NCBI GenBank assembly: GCA_040954595.2
Contig: CM082583.2
Location: forward strand, 12,376,987 to 12,440,986
DNA length: 64,000 bases
Direction: 5' to 3'
Origin: Balanoglossus misakiensis
Taxonomy: Eukaryota; Animalia; Hemichordata
Numbering within the stretch: the first letter of the stretch is position 1; every line of letters starts with the position of its first letter. This document shows positions 50,802-64,000 of this stretch, piece after piece. The notes under the pieces were generated by a model. That model was not told the DNA's origin. It was given only the letters and a program-made list of their open reading frames with translations, and made no database searches. The position numbers and the translations under genes were made by a program.

Positions 50802-53800
50802 TATTCTCGTCACATTCTTTCTCAGAGTTGGAGACATCCCTGCCCTACACCAACAACTTAAATCACTGTTCTCCCCAGTAGAATTGATTGCAAGGTTTTA
50901 CGGTATGACCAAGTCATAGCTTACTCCAAAAATAGCCAGTAGTATGCTGAACTCCTTCAATACCGGAAGGACCCCCTTCTGCGCGAATGTCCACTTCATC
51001 TCTTAAAAAGGTGTTTTGTTACTTCACTTCATTTGTTGAGGGGTATGACCTGGTGCAATTCACAGCTCATAAAATGTTTATGCATGGCTATTCATAAACT
51101 GTCCGTGATTTTTTACCAAATACATGTATAATAAAACAAAAATGAAAGTAATGCATTTAAACATACGTATGTAAACGGCCACAGCCAATTGATGTACACG
51201 TGTGTTGGTTTTACATGCAAAGCTATGGAATGTGACAACCACGTACTGCATCTGGGTAGCAATCAGTATTTGTGTGCATTTACAGTATGTATGATGGACA
51301 AATAGTATTCTGACATTGTGGAGAGTGAATGTCATACACAGAGTAACTCAGTGCCTGGACACATATCTTGGCCACAACTATTAAAATGTGTTGACATATG
51401 TAACTATACCAATCAATTGGAATACCGGTAGATGATTTAAGACGCTGCTTATTTCTGTCACTTAATACTCAAAAATGTGATAAAATTTTGTCCAGACTTT
51501 CGAGCCAAAAAACTTGGTCACACTGCAAGACATAAAAGCTGTTTACCAAGCAGAATACTTCAACACACATGCAGAAAAGTCAAGAACCTTCATTCCTTTT
51601 TTATTAGTGGCGTATCATCAAAATAACAGAAGCACGTTTTACTAATTTTAATGGCTTGGGTACTACTGTAAGAGTCATAAATTCTGGCATCCTATAAAAG
51701 CTGACACTGACAGAAACATATGGATGATCTTACAAGCCTGGGGGATGAGAGTTAGTATCAAGATTTCAACCAACATGAGTTATCATTGTAAATTACGTCA
51801 GATGTTTACGAGTATAGTACATTTGCATTGTAATGAAATTTCTTTGGCCTAGATGCATTTCATCTCAAGAAACAACCATTGTTGGAAAATGCGATGAATA
51901 CAGTAGCACTCGCACCAAAACATCACTTCATCACCAACAATGTTGTGATCTAAACTCTCCTTTTTCTGCGCTGTACTTGACAGCTGCCACACATGGTGCA
52001 GTGGTCTAGCTGCTAGTTGAAACATTTTTCCTCTGAATAGCTAAGACGTCAGTGATGCATAGATGGAGATGGCGCCATGCAGAAGTCATGGTCATCGCTC
52101 AATCCAAAGCCCCACATTGTACTATGGAAGTGAACTATGATGTGTTTTTTTTGGAGAGAGAGAAAAACAATCAACACAATGCAATGTCAGTTAACTGTTC
52201 TTTTTCGTGTCACACTTCTCTCCGCCTATGTGACCTCAGCAATAAGAAACTGTGCTGGCCTTTCTCAGGTTTTGTTGGTATTAAATGAAATGTCCATTGG
52301 GGGATCATCTGGTTGCTATTGAATCAAAACCATGGCTGGTGGGTGGCTTTATTACAACAATTTTGTTTCTGTCAGTGAGACACTGGCTTGATTAACTGCT
52401 GTATTTTTAGCAACATAATTAAATCAAGTTTTCTTTGAAGCAATTTCCAGTAGCTGCTGGTTAGGAATCTGGCTGGGAATCTGAAACTGTGACGTTACCG
52501 ATCGTCAATTCCGCTTTGAAAGTGATCATCCCTTGTCCACGTTCTCGTCTCTTGCAAACACAGCTGGATTATTAGAAATGAATTTGGAACAATGCCCCCG
52601 AGTAGCATTCCTGCTTGCTCAACTTTGCTCTTCACTTTATAAAACCCTCAGGGGGAAATAGCAAATTAAATTCATTTCATTCACTGGTGCATTTACCTAC
52701 ACTATGCACGCACCGAAAAAAACTCAATTAAGATCTGTGACGTAAAACCACATTCATGAATCCATGGGAAAATATGCAAAGTAAACTTTGATGAATATGA
52801 GTCAATGTACAGTTTATGCAGCTAATTCACAAACAAAATTATTTTTTAGCCGAAAAGATTAATTTTCTGTTGAATCACTCATGTGAGAAAATTTGTGAAG
52901 GAATTATAGTATAATTTCAAACAGCTTCAATGTTCAGCAAGGGTAGAAGGTCAAGCAAAAGCAATCAAAATGAATTCCTTAAAGTATACAACAATCCATG
53001 ATGTACATTTATTCATATGATTGGCAAATTTTTGCCTAATAAGTATACGTTGGGGACTCAATTTATTGTCAAAGTCTGTACCTTAAGGCTGATTTGAGTG
53101 TGATTTACATATAGTTTCCTTCATTTGCAGGGAGCGTCAAACCATATGTTCAGGAACGTGAACACCTATGCCTAGAATGAGATTTACTGTTTATAGAATG
53201 GATTCAATCAATCGACAAACTCCAATACTCTAGATAATTGCATTTAAATATTAAAACCAAGGATTTAGTTGCATCTCTTCTAGTCATTCATCATTTTGAA
53301 ATAATCTGAATGCACGATATAAAGATTATCAGTCAAAACGAACACTTTATCGCACAAAGAGGTTTGGCTGAGGAGGATTTATTTGTGAAGTGACAAGTAA
53401 TGTATAGAAGATGCAGCACAGTGTAGTACCGTTATCAATTATATTAAACTCATTTAACTAAGACCAGCTGTCTCAGTGAAGGTCAATCAAGGACACGGAT
53501 CAGAGGCAATTCCAGATTCTGCACCATGACAGATCATCTAACCTTATGTAACAAGACACTGGTGGCCTGTTTAGCCGAGATTTATGGACCATAACTTCAA
53601 CAATCATTCCTGGAGCTCATAGTTTAATTCTTGTTTTATTGAAAGTGTCATGGATGCTATCTTTGGCGTGGTTCAACCACTTTTCCTCATATTTCATCTG
53701 AAAGTTCTTAGTGTTCAATATACAGTTGCTGTTTATTGTACAACTTAGCTGACCCTACATACATGTAGATTTAAAGATAAGGTTCTGATTCAGCTGCTGA

Positions 53801-56800
53801 AATCAAATGTGCAAGTTAACTGTTAAAATGGCTTGAAACTGAATCCAACCCCCTTAGACCTGATGGATTGACCATCATATGAACAACATCACTGTGTGGT
53901 TGGAACTACTGATGAGGAATAGGCTACAGTTAAGGAATTTTATGATGCATTGTTTCCATCCCTGGCTGCTGGGAAAATGGAATGCTACCAATTAAAAACC
54001 CTGGGACTGCAGAGTTCTTATCAGTTTAATCTCCTTCTGCAGAGCCTCTTTAGAAAGTAGGTTACCACCTGGAGCTGATAAACCCATATCGGCTGCTGTG
54101 ACCTGACCTGATTTGACCCATCCAGAAAATTCAAATTGCATAATGGCGTGATTTCACAAACGTCACCTTTCGTGTTCCATCTCGGTGGAAAGAAAAAAAA
54201 CTAACGAGGTGTGTTTGCTTTTAATATCAGACAGCAATCGTGGAACAACTGCTGGGCTTTGCTATGTCAAGTGTCAGATCTTCCCCATAATTGACTTGTT
54301 TTGCCTCAGAGGGCCTGTCACTTTGGATTCTGACTGCCATGTCAAATAGAATAACAGATCAGCAGTGGTTCCTGTAAAGATGGTGGGCGATGAGGAGAGC
54401 TTGGAGAAGAAAGAATGTGACAGAATCAACGGTGGTCTCGTATAAAGTTCTGGAGATCGTGAAAATGTGAAAGAAAAATTGCTGTCATGCGAACAAATCA
54501 AAAATACTTCACATGATTCAATTCTCTATGGAAATTAAAATTCTCTGTAAAATTCTTCTTCAGCACGTACGTTGTCCACTTGTAGCCACGAACATTCAGA
54601 ATGAAACTTCTACAGGGTTATTCTCTATAAAATAACACTATGAACACTGAGAGGTCTAACAATTAATCCATACGTCTAAGAATAGATGAAATTTGGGAAG
54701 ACTATAAACAGATGGCTACTGGGTCAAACCAGGTCAACTCATCTGTATGCTTAGTGAGGCAGTAATGCCTCTCCAGAGAACAGAAGCTTCTTGTGATGTT
54801 GGTATTAACATTCTTCGAGTCCTAGGGGGGCTATTATGTTAGTCAAGTTTAAAAACAGACTTGTCCATTCGAAGGGATGCGGTGATCACTGATATGCAGT
54901 GATCTTCACTATGCACATCATTGCGTGCTAAGGTCTCTTAATGCTCTCTGAAACTGTAGTCCCTTTAAAACAAACTGTTCCTACATCATAGCTGTCTGAC
55001 TCGTGTATATAAGCGCATCTTCACAAGGATGTAAACACTCATCATCTGTGTCTGACCTTCAAGGCAGCAGAGTTACCCAGTACCAGATAAATCACCTACA
55101 AGTGCACATGTCCGCACACTCTGCTAACAAGACAAACAACAGCATGAATAATAAACTCCCAACCTTATACATGTACCTCATCAAGTAAATCACCTAGACT
55201 GGCTGCAAGTGCTGTACACTACAGTACGCTGCTACCAGAATCACTCTAAGGAAATCATTGCAATAACCTCACAGAGGATTGTCGCTTGCAAGTAAATTTG
55301 GGTGGCTCTGTATAATCATAAGTTGAAGATAAGATTGTTCCCGCTTTTCATCTTTTTACAAAATCCCCTGAAAAGTATAATAATATGGGTCAGGTTGACT
55401 TGAAGGCTGTAGCCAATATCATATCCTTGTCGGAAGGAAATCATAATTTGCTGGTTTTCCACTCCCCATTGAAATTTTGAAAGTCATTTTTCTCACAAAT
55501 CAATCCATAAATCACAATAATGTTCCAGTCTCTTCAGTGACTGTGGGGTAAAACATACGACCCCCTGCTAAGGTTTATATTGGGCCAACATGGATGAAAT
55601 TGAAAGACTGGTTGCCCTTGTCTGACCTTGCTGAGGTGTTTATACATTGACCGAATTCAATGTTTTAATCGGTCTACTGAAGATGCAATTAAGATGAACT
55701 TGGCAAATGTTTCTGAATTATCTTATATCATGTCAAATCAGGCATTTTTACACACATCGGCTAGTTTCACGACAACTTGATAACACCCAAAGCAGTTTAA
55801 TATTGCATCATATCAAAGCACTGGCACAGATGTGAGTTTTATAGACCGCGGCTGAGTGCTGTTTTCAACAACTATAGAATCAATCTAAGATAACAGCAAA
55901 TTTCCTACTTCAGTGGGTCGACATATCCCCTCCCACTTAGTTGATAGGTGTAAATGTTCAAGTAGAATGTGCAATATGTCACACAAGAGTCACATAACAA
56001 GCATTCCATTGCACTGGGAGTCTACAGGAGATGGTTGCGGAAGAAACAATATAACACACATTTCTCTCTCTGGTCCAATCACAGAATTACATCCCACATA
56101 TCTGTAACTTTTTATAACATTTATAGACACATAAAAATCTTTACGGCTCAATTTCAAGCACCCCCTGTTAAAAATAAACCCCAAAACTTCCGAGGAATTT
56201 TTGGACAACTGATAAGTTTACATTTTCAAGTGTTTTTTTCACACATGTCAATAGGCTAACAGGTGATTTGAGAAAAACAATTGTCCATATTAAATCTAAG
56301 AGGTCAGTCTTTCAGACAGTAATTCAATTGTAGCTGCTAGCTACCTGTACCATGTGTTCTAGCAACTGAGTTGTCAAAATAAGTATGCTACAAAACAGGG
56401 AACTAAATGAACACATAAAATACATTGTATATCCTTGAAATGACTTGATGTTTTCCTTACATTGACAATGATCAATATATTGATTCTGGATTTATGAGTC
56501 TATGCTGGAGTTCTACAGCTGACTGTGTCATCACCGTCTATCAAGTATGCTAGTCAATGATTTACACGGCAGTATTTCATGAATGCAGCCATCGTAAGTC
56601 ATGTCAGTACGAGCAAGCATTCACACCGTGTTAATATCCTCTGTGATATCCTGGATATCCATAAAGGAAAGAGAACTTCCTCATGAAACACAGGCCTTAG
56701 TTGCTGCATTCTAAAATATCTTTGTGTCTGTTTGGTAATATTTTGCATGATTTGGCAATCTAAAAGTATTCTCCAAACTACTAGTGTTTAATTCCTTTCT

Positions 56801-59800
56801 TTACCACAGTGTGTTAGGAGTCTTTAATACTTTGAACCTGGAAACAGTCACTGTGCCTTTCAGGGCACAAACAACTTCTGTTGCAACACCTTGTTTCAAG
56901 ATGAGTGTGACAAGATACAGCTCTCCCAATCTAATGTCATGATAAATGGTATATGCCTCACCTTGTATATTTTTTTCTGTCTTTTTTATTGCCCTGCTGC
57001 AGATGATAAAGATGTATACAAACAGAAAGCAACAGCTTCTGGTATTCAGGTTATTTAATGAGGGCATCATGAATGCATGCTCATCAACTTCAAATATCCC
57101 TGTAAAACCGAGTTACACAAATCCAAGGCAGTAAAAATCGACTTTGATTTCTATTGACACGATCATGTGCTCCGCGAAGGACTGGTTTAAACTGTCACCT
57201 TGCGTGCTTGTGGTACATGTTTGTATTTTGCCGAGATTTAAAACCATCCTGAAACAGATAACCACAGGGCAGGTTTTACAGGGTGCATGCTTGTTGAAAC
57301 CACAATAAACCACTTTAGCCAAACATTTTCCCTCTTATAAGATTTTGGCTTAAGGGGACGGGAGAGGAAGAGGCATTGAAATGGGCAAGTTACCCCCCCC
57401 CCCCCCCCATGCACCCTTGAAAACATTGTATATCATAAAAATTTTACCAACAAATAAAACTTAATGTAGATTTTCAATTCAAGTTTTGCTGTAATTACAT
57501 GTTATTACAGTGCCATGAAAATTCATCCAACCTCTCGTCAACCCAAAGGTCCAAACATCACACTGATGAGAATCAGGATACAGTTTGAAGGCCTGCAGGA
57601 GAGTTGAAAGACTGGCGCATGTTTATTCCACCATTGCATACTACTTACTGCCAGGGAAACGATAATAAACAGTTTTATTCACTGAAATTTTCATCAGAGC
57701 ACACCCACTGTGGCAGGATATACACTGTTTAAATTTACATCTAAATCAATTAAAACATGTTGGTAAGTGGAGACTCTTATTTCAGACCCATTGCATCATT
57801 TCAGCCTGGACCTCTCTAAAGCCCTGATCTGCAGCAGTCAAGTCTTTTGTACATATACTGAAGTCCTGTGCAAGTTTTCTTGCTTTCATTCTGATAGATG
57901 CTGACAATTCAAATTCTAAAGCTAAGTGATTGGCATATTCAGATTCCCAGGAGAAATAAATGCCTCTGCATTCGATTTCTTTTTTGAGGAATTATTTGAT
58001 TTACTATCTGTATCATAATTACTTGTAAACCACTGTATCTCGCTAAATTCTCATTACTGACAATCGGCAAGAAGTGCTGCCATAAATCATTCTCTCCACG
58101 AGAAGCAAGTAAATTCTGATGTATATATGATTAATCACATCTCGACCGCAGAACCAATACCTCTAGTACTTCAATTATTCCCAGCCAAGTGAACGTCACA
58201 TCTAGCACTCTGCACACGCAGACTTTTCCAAAGCCATCCCACATAATACCTGACATTTCATCCGTTGTTATTACAGTCCGTAAAGAGCATTACATTCGGC
58301 GCATTCGCACCGCCACAAACATTTCATTATCGTATGATTCTCCGATTGTACTGGCCAACTGGAGTGGAACTCATGCCATTAGTTGAACCCAACCATGACT
58401 GCACCGTGTACACACAGACTAAATTCTTACATGCAAATGGCTGGAAATTTGCAGGGTTTATTTGTTTTTTCTGCAGACACCTAGACAGTGTGTTGATTAG
58501 TCGTATACATCTGAGGACACATGTCTTTTGTAAAACATGTGTATTTCTTGCAATACATAAAATGGCATTTCATTTTTTTTTTTTAGAATGCGAGTGAATG
58601 AATATGAGAAACAACTTGCATGGTGGTTACAGAGAAGATAGTGAAGATCTTGTGACTTATAGTATTTTAAAATGGCACCTTCTGGTTGACCAATATGACT
58701 GAGATTATTTAAGGCACATGGTCAGTTGTTTCCAACTACAGCCTTTACTTCACCAAAGTAAATAACTGATTACCACAATTTATTTTCTGTGGCTGTCTGG
58801 ATGTCTGAATAGTTCATTCCTACTTTTCATCACAACCTCCTTTACACAGCCAGACATCGGAGGATCGAAGACTGAATATTTGCTCAGCCGTATACCACTT
58901 CATGGTTGACTTCTATCGCCATAGTGGTGTAGATCAGAGCGCTTTCAACAGCTGTGAAGCACATGTCCTTCCAAACTGGAGGCAGTCAGCCAGAATTTAG
59001 TTCAAGTCTACTTTTGAAAACTAAAAGACCCCCTTTTTTAAAGAGACCTGTGAAAGTGACGACACACACAAGCCAATGTTGCCAAAATAAAGTGACTTCT
59101 TGACTTTGTTGAACATCCCCAACCATTGTAAGAAAACGCTCTCTGCACATTTCATTGAGAGAAATGTAAATATTACAGAACATGGGGATAAAAAATACGC
59201 TAAAATGATTTCTTACAATTGCAGGCAATGTCATTGTTACAAAGCAAATTGTGTCAAGTTCTGAAGACAACAAGTTTACACTGGTACGGTAAATTTACAC
59301 CTTTCAAGGTAACACAACACAAAAAGCCCCCACGACAGAGTTGAGTAAAACACATACCATTCTTGTATAGTCTACAATGGTCATTCTTACACATGGTTAA
59401 GTTTGCTTCACTGACTTTGTTGGACATGGTCCAAGGTATACTGCCTCCAAGTCAAAGATACATCCAGTTATTTTTTTTTTTTTTGCCTTGACTGTCTGTA
59501 TGTTGTATGTTTTCATTTTTTAATGCGTATTTTCTAACCTAGATACAAAAAGTGAAATTATATTTGAAGTGACAGATTTGTATGTACCAAAGTAAAAAGA
59601 GGATCAAATGATAGAGAGGGGATCATTTTTAGATGACAGCATGAATGGGAGAATGTTTTGAAGATGAAACGCTGAGTAAAGTTTACTGATTAGGAGGGTA
59701 CACACATAGCTGCATCTGACAAAAGGAAGGTAAGATACCTGCCCTAAGGCAAGCATTTTTCAGATTTCATAAATATCTGCGTGCATTGTCATCTAAACTG

Positions 59801-62728
59801 CTCATGAGGACACAATAGGATTGATGGGTCTGTTTTTGTCAATCACCTTTGTGCAAGACGCAACCCAACGGCAGTAAGTTCAACAAGGCATGAATAGCGA
59901 GCAGATGTCAGGTTGTCGGCAGATAAACAGAGATGCAGATATGGCACGCACAGTAGGGTGGATTACATGGTTTTTTGTGTGTTTTTGCAGAGGTTGGGTA
60001 TTCTTTAACATTCCTATCATGACTATTTCTCCAAGGTGACTTTTTGACCAATTATGAGTTTCTGCCAAGTTGGGATATGATTATATCGTACACCAAACCT
60101 TCCAAACAACATTTTTTTGTTGTCCATTCAAGGCTGTTTGGGAATATATCACATTCCGTTTTTTGATTTCTTGACGCATACCTCATGTATTATTTGGACA
60201 GATATGATTTCACCAAATTCCAACCCTTCAAGGTTAGTGAATGTTGTTCGTGTTTATCGTTCTTGTAAATAGCCAATCGGATGCGCTGACTTGCTTATGA
60301 ATATTAATTTCTTGAAAAATGCAAGGATGGGGATACGCACATTTTAATATCTCACCATAGCATGTTTTTGAAATAGAATCTGGTAAGGGATCATGACTTC
60401 TGATGCCTGTGACAGCGTGATGACCTCAATAATCTGTATGTATGTTGAACAGGACATTATGACAACCATTCACCAATCAGAAATGTTGACACACTTTGTT
60501 GGCATAAAACCTCAAACATCGCATTGCGGTGACAGTATCAAACAAGTTCTGTGTAAAACATATGCACGCTTCACATGTCACCATCTCTGCACCCTCTAAC
60601 AAAAACGGTTTCCTGATATCTTCAGTCATTTTGACATATTATAGAAAATTCTTAGTGAGTGCGTAATTAGGCCTATAACTTATTTTGCCCTATGGGGGAA
60701 TTCCAGTGTATTATGTGGCTCTGCAGTTATGCCGATCATATTCCTTCACATATGCATGCTTTTATTAATAAATATTTTTATACCTCATCACTGTACATAA
60801 GACAAAAGAAAAGCCATGACCCAGATAAGATTGGTAACCACTATAAGACTCTTCAACTAGATGGACTTAACTGAAGTCTACCTTGTCCAGGGCACTTGTC
60901 CAACCCACATTTCACCTGCATTATTAAACTTGTTTGCTCAAGAGTGAAATTACAAGGCCATTAGATTACAGTGAATTTTCTGGAGCGTTCTCTCATGTCT
61001 GGCTCTGTCTGAAAAACAGGACAGTTTGTAACAGCCAGAATACATAAGGTGAAACTATTACAAGGAAACAGCCAGGTAGATCATCAATTTATGTCATCTG
61101 ATACATTTACAATTTGCTCCAACATGTCACATCCAGCCTGAGGGATAGTGAAGCACACAGTACAGCAGATGGGGAATTTGTTATCTGGGTCAGCACACGG
61201 AGTGTTGAGAAGGACCTTGCCAGTTCTGGCCTGAGGTTCCACTTTTCATTGGACAGCCTGAAGGTAATTGATAACATGATGAGACAGGTATGGATATGAG
61301 AACAGCCAACGACCCCACTTGAAAACTTTCAAAATGTACTTGCTCCACTTCTGTTAAACCTTAGGTACTTGGTACACTCTCGTTTAACCGAGTCCAAAGT
61401 TGTGAGAATTGGGTTGGTTTACCAAGTCCAAAGTGTGTCAACGAGAGTACTTGGAGTACTTTAAATTACTCTGACAGTGTGACTGCACAGCCGCAAAGTG
61501 GCTGCTGTTATGCCTATCCATCAACATGTAAAAGAATACTCGATGAGAGACTGGACAAAAACACCTGGTATGCCTTTATCAGGGTGCCAAAAATGCTCCA
61601 GGTAGACGACAAACAAAAAGTGCCTGATCTTTTTCGACAGAACAAAATACCACCTGGGATGAACTTGTATCGAAAAAGACATAAAAAGACTACTTGGTGT
61701 GCCTTTCTGCACAGGGCGTCTCTCACAATAAATCTAAAATTCAAGTGACTGTATTTTTGATTGTTTTAGCTGTTGTTGAGCACTTGGTGGGGGTACTTAT
61801 ACCCTGGCCGGAGGTAATCAATGGAAACTTGCAATATAGGGCAAACTCATGTAAACATCCTCCTGGCTAAGGAACAGTAAGTTGATGAACATAAAAACTA
61901 CACTATAAGCTGAAGGAACATGATCCACACTGTCTGAGATATTTATATCCCTCTCACACTTAAATTTAATTCACTTCTTAATATCAAACTTATGCAGTGA
62001 AAGGGTAAAATTCTAGCACAACAATCAGTTAAAACTAGGGAATCGATGTTAAGTATTCACTGTTTTCAAATTAAGAAAAGGTCAAATTGCAAAATGTATA
62101 TCAGATTTCTGCTGAAGTTCAATCGGTAATCAAGGAGAAAATGAGATTGAGTCCATATGTGTATTCGAAGAGCAACTAGAGCTTGCAGTCATTCTGGCTT
62201 AAGAGAAAACACGGCTTCGTTACTGCTAAAATATTGTCTTTATATCTGCCGATGTTATCATCACATTCTCAAAAAGTTTATAGTTTCACAAAGATTGCCA
62301 CTTTATTTACAATTCTAACTTCTCAGTGTCAGATAACATTGAAGAATTCATGTGTAGCCAGCCAGCTCTTATTCAATCTTGCGTTAGATAAAATGACAGA
62401 ACTAGAGATGTGTATCAGTAATTTATGGAATGTAGTTACTGCAAAGTTATATGGTTAATTTGGCTCTTTGCAGCATAACATGATAAGTCATGCTTTGATT
62501 GCAATTTACTGATAATAATGATACTCCATGGCTATGCAGCTTATCAAGAAAATCGCTGTGGTCAGGTTTCTGTTCCGGTGTAGGTTTTGTTTGAACAAAT
62601 GCTAACTAACCAGAGCTTTATTTCAGACACGTGAACGGTCTGTTTACACAACGACCTGATTCCGGCACAAGACTAAGAATCTATGGATTATTTTATCAAG
62701 TAGTTTGATTCTCGGAGCACATGGGTAA

Positions 62729-62912
62729 GGGACTGGTCAGTTTCTTCTGCCTGGGGGGTGGATTCTGCTTCGTGGATATCAAAAGTGACTGACCCCCCTC
62801 CTCTCATGGAAAAGTGGGTGAACCCTCCCCATCACCCAATTCCATATCAGAGTGACCTCCCCCATGAATCCACTGCTCCCCCCCCCCCCAGCCAAAGAAA
62901 CTGACCAGTCCC
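62729..62912. mobile_element. PIF/Harbinger (Tourist-like) MITE, 184 bp
   Basis: Perfect 18-bp TIR GGGACTGGTCAGTTTCTT / AAGAAACTGACCAGTCCC with TAA target duplication at 62726-62728 and 62913-62915. Confidence 0.85.
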
Positions 62913-63158
62913 TAAGGCATGTAAATTTCATCAAAGAGACTTGCACTGTTACAGAACGGATGAAGCTGTAGGCAGTGCAGACAACTTATCAAGGCATGGG
63001 TTATGAGGCACAGTGACTTGGGGACTCACAGCCCTTCGTCGCCTCTCTGACTTCTGCATCCATAAGACCATGAAGTTCTGTCTACACTGGCTACACCATC
63101 TCCATAGACTAGTTTCGATTCTCAATGATCAGGGCTCTGTCTTCTGCCAGAGATCAGT

Positions 63159-63400
63159 TAGCTACATAGCTGTGGAAACGCAGCTGTAACGTGGGGGATA
63201 TGTTGATTTCCCCTCGGACATACCCCCCTCCCCCTCCCACGGTACAGCTGCGTTTACACAGCTATATAGCTACAGTACAGTAGCTGGAGGTTTTGCCTAA
63301 GGTTGGGGTGGATCTGGTTTTGCCGTCCAACCCCCAAATCTGGCTTTACCGTCCAATCCCAAACACCAGGCAGAACCTCGAGCTGCGGTAATACAGCCTA
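63159..63400. mobile_element. double-hairpin non-autonomous element bounded by TAG...CTA with a 7-8 bp target-site duplication
   Basis: (a)gatcagt direct repeats at 63151-63158 and 63400-63407; hairpin 63159-63272 (37-bp arms, 3 mismatches) and hairpin 63282-63384 (17-bp arms, 2 mismatches). Confidence 0.7.
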
Positions 63401-63429
63401 GATCAGTACGGCACATCGCATAAGAGACT

Positions 63430-63700
63430 GCCGAACAGGGGGGCGTGGCTGTGAAACTGATCGTCTAGCAAGTTGGCGAACGATGTCAACCCATTTTTAC
63501 CAGTGTAACTCAATGGTAAATATAAGTTACTCGATCGAGAAAGCATAACATTCTTAACTTTCACTTGAACTCCCCTGCAACAGAGAGAACATTGAACTGA
63601 CCTCGCTCGTGTCGTCTGAAGCCTGGGTCGTCTGCTATCTAAGATGGCCGCTGTGGAAGTGACGTCACACCCATAATACCCCGCGCGCGCAAAACTTTTA
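63430..63700. promoter_or_regulatory. CpG-rich housekeeping-type promoter (YY1, ETS-CRE, GC box)
   Basis: AAGATGGCCG 63641-63650; GGAAGTGACGTCA 63655-63667; gggggcgtggc near 63440; cgcgcgcgc near 63682; minus-strand donor GAG|GTCAGT at 63601. Confidence 0.65.
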
Positions 63701-64000
63701 TCAAACTTTACAAACTTTTTTTAATGTACGGTTACTTGAAAGACTCGTGGCTCTTTTATTGAAAAGAACTTCAACTGAATAGAAGTTACACAAAGGTATA
63801 TACCCTGCACGCGTAAACTGCGAAATTACAGGTGAAATGTAGTGACAAGAAACGACAGTCGACGCCCGGTGAAGTGGCAAATGAGGCGCGCGTCTGAGAC
63901 CAACAGCAATTCTGACGAAAAGGTCATGAAATTGCATCAGGTAATCGCCAAGAGCCGTTATCAAGAAACTGGCCTCAACATCTAACTTTTACAGTGAAAC

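Noticed and set aside
61360-61750. Weak inverted repeat (actctcgtt/aacgagagt) and three loose cacctgg..tgcctt units with overlapping ORFs
   Set aside because: Too degenerate to classify; probably decayed repeat DNA.
1-64000. CRISPR array, tRNA/rRNA, or autonomous transposase/reverse-transcriptase gene
   Set aside because: No repeat-spacer periodicity, no recognisable structural RNA, and no long TE-like ORF seen; a covariance-model scan was not possible.

Overview
Eukaryotic, intron-rich, AT-rich animal genomic DNA. It looks like a marine invertebrate, possibly a deuterostome, but the taxon cannot be proven from the sequence. Three protein-coding genes can be built by hand, all on the minus strand. 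(1) A complete 21-coding-exon ADAMTS-like gene of the ADAMTSL1/ADAMTSL3/punctin/MADD-4 type (44251->27041, about 1185 aa: signal peptide, 12 TSP1 repeats, Cys-rich and spacer regions, a single Ig domain, PLAC); it needs a 28-nt microexon to stay in frame. (2) A two-exon leucine-rich-repeat protein with an acidic tail (23635->22489, about 312 aa). (3) The first coding exon of a divergent Na+/Ca2+ exchanger (SLC8/NCX family, 7739->6999); no further exons were recognised in 1-6998, so the rest probably lies left of the window. The 10-21 kb interval is CpG-rich and holds several minus-strand TATA/Inr + splice-donor units that look like alternative first exons for the exchanger. A CpG-rich YY1/ETS-CRE promoter sits at about 63.6 kb. 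Several short non-autonomous DNA transposons (piggyBac-, Harbinger- and Kolobok-like MITEs, and hairpin elements) and microsatellites are present. No rRNA, tRNA, CRISPR or prokaryotic system was seen. Most short ORFs in the supplied track appear spurious.
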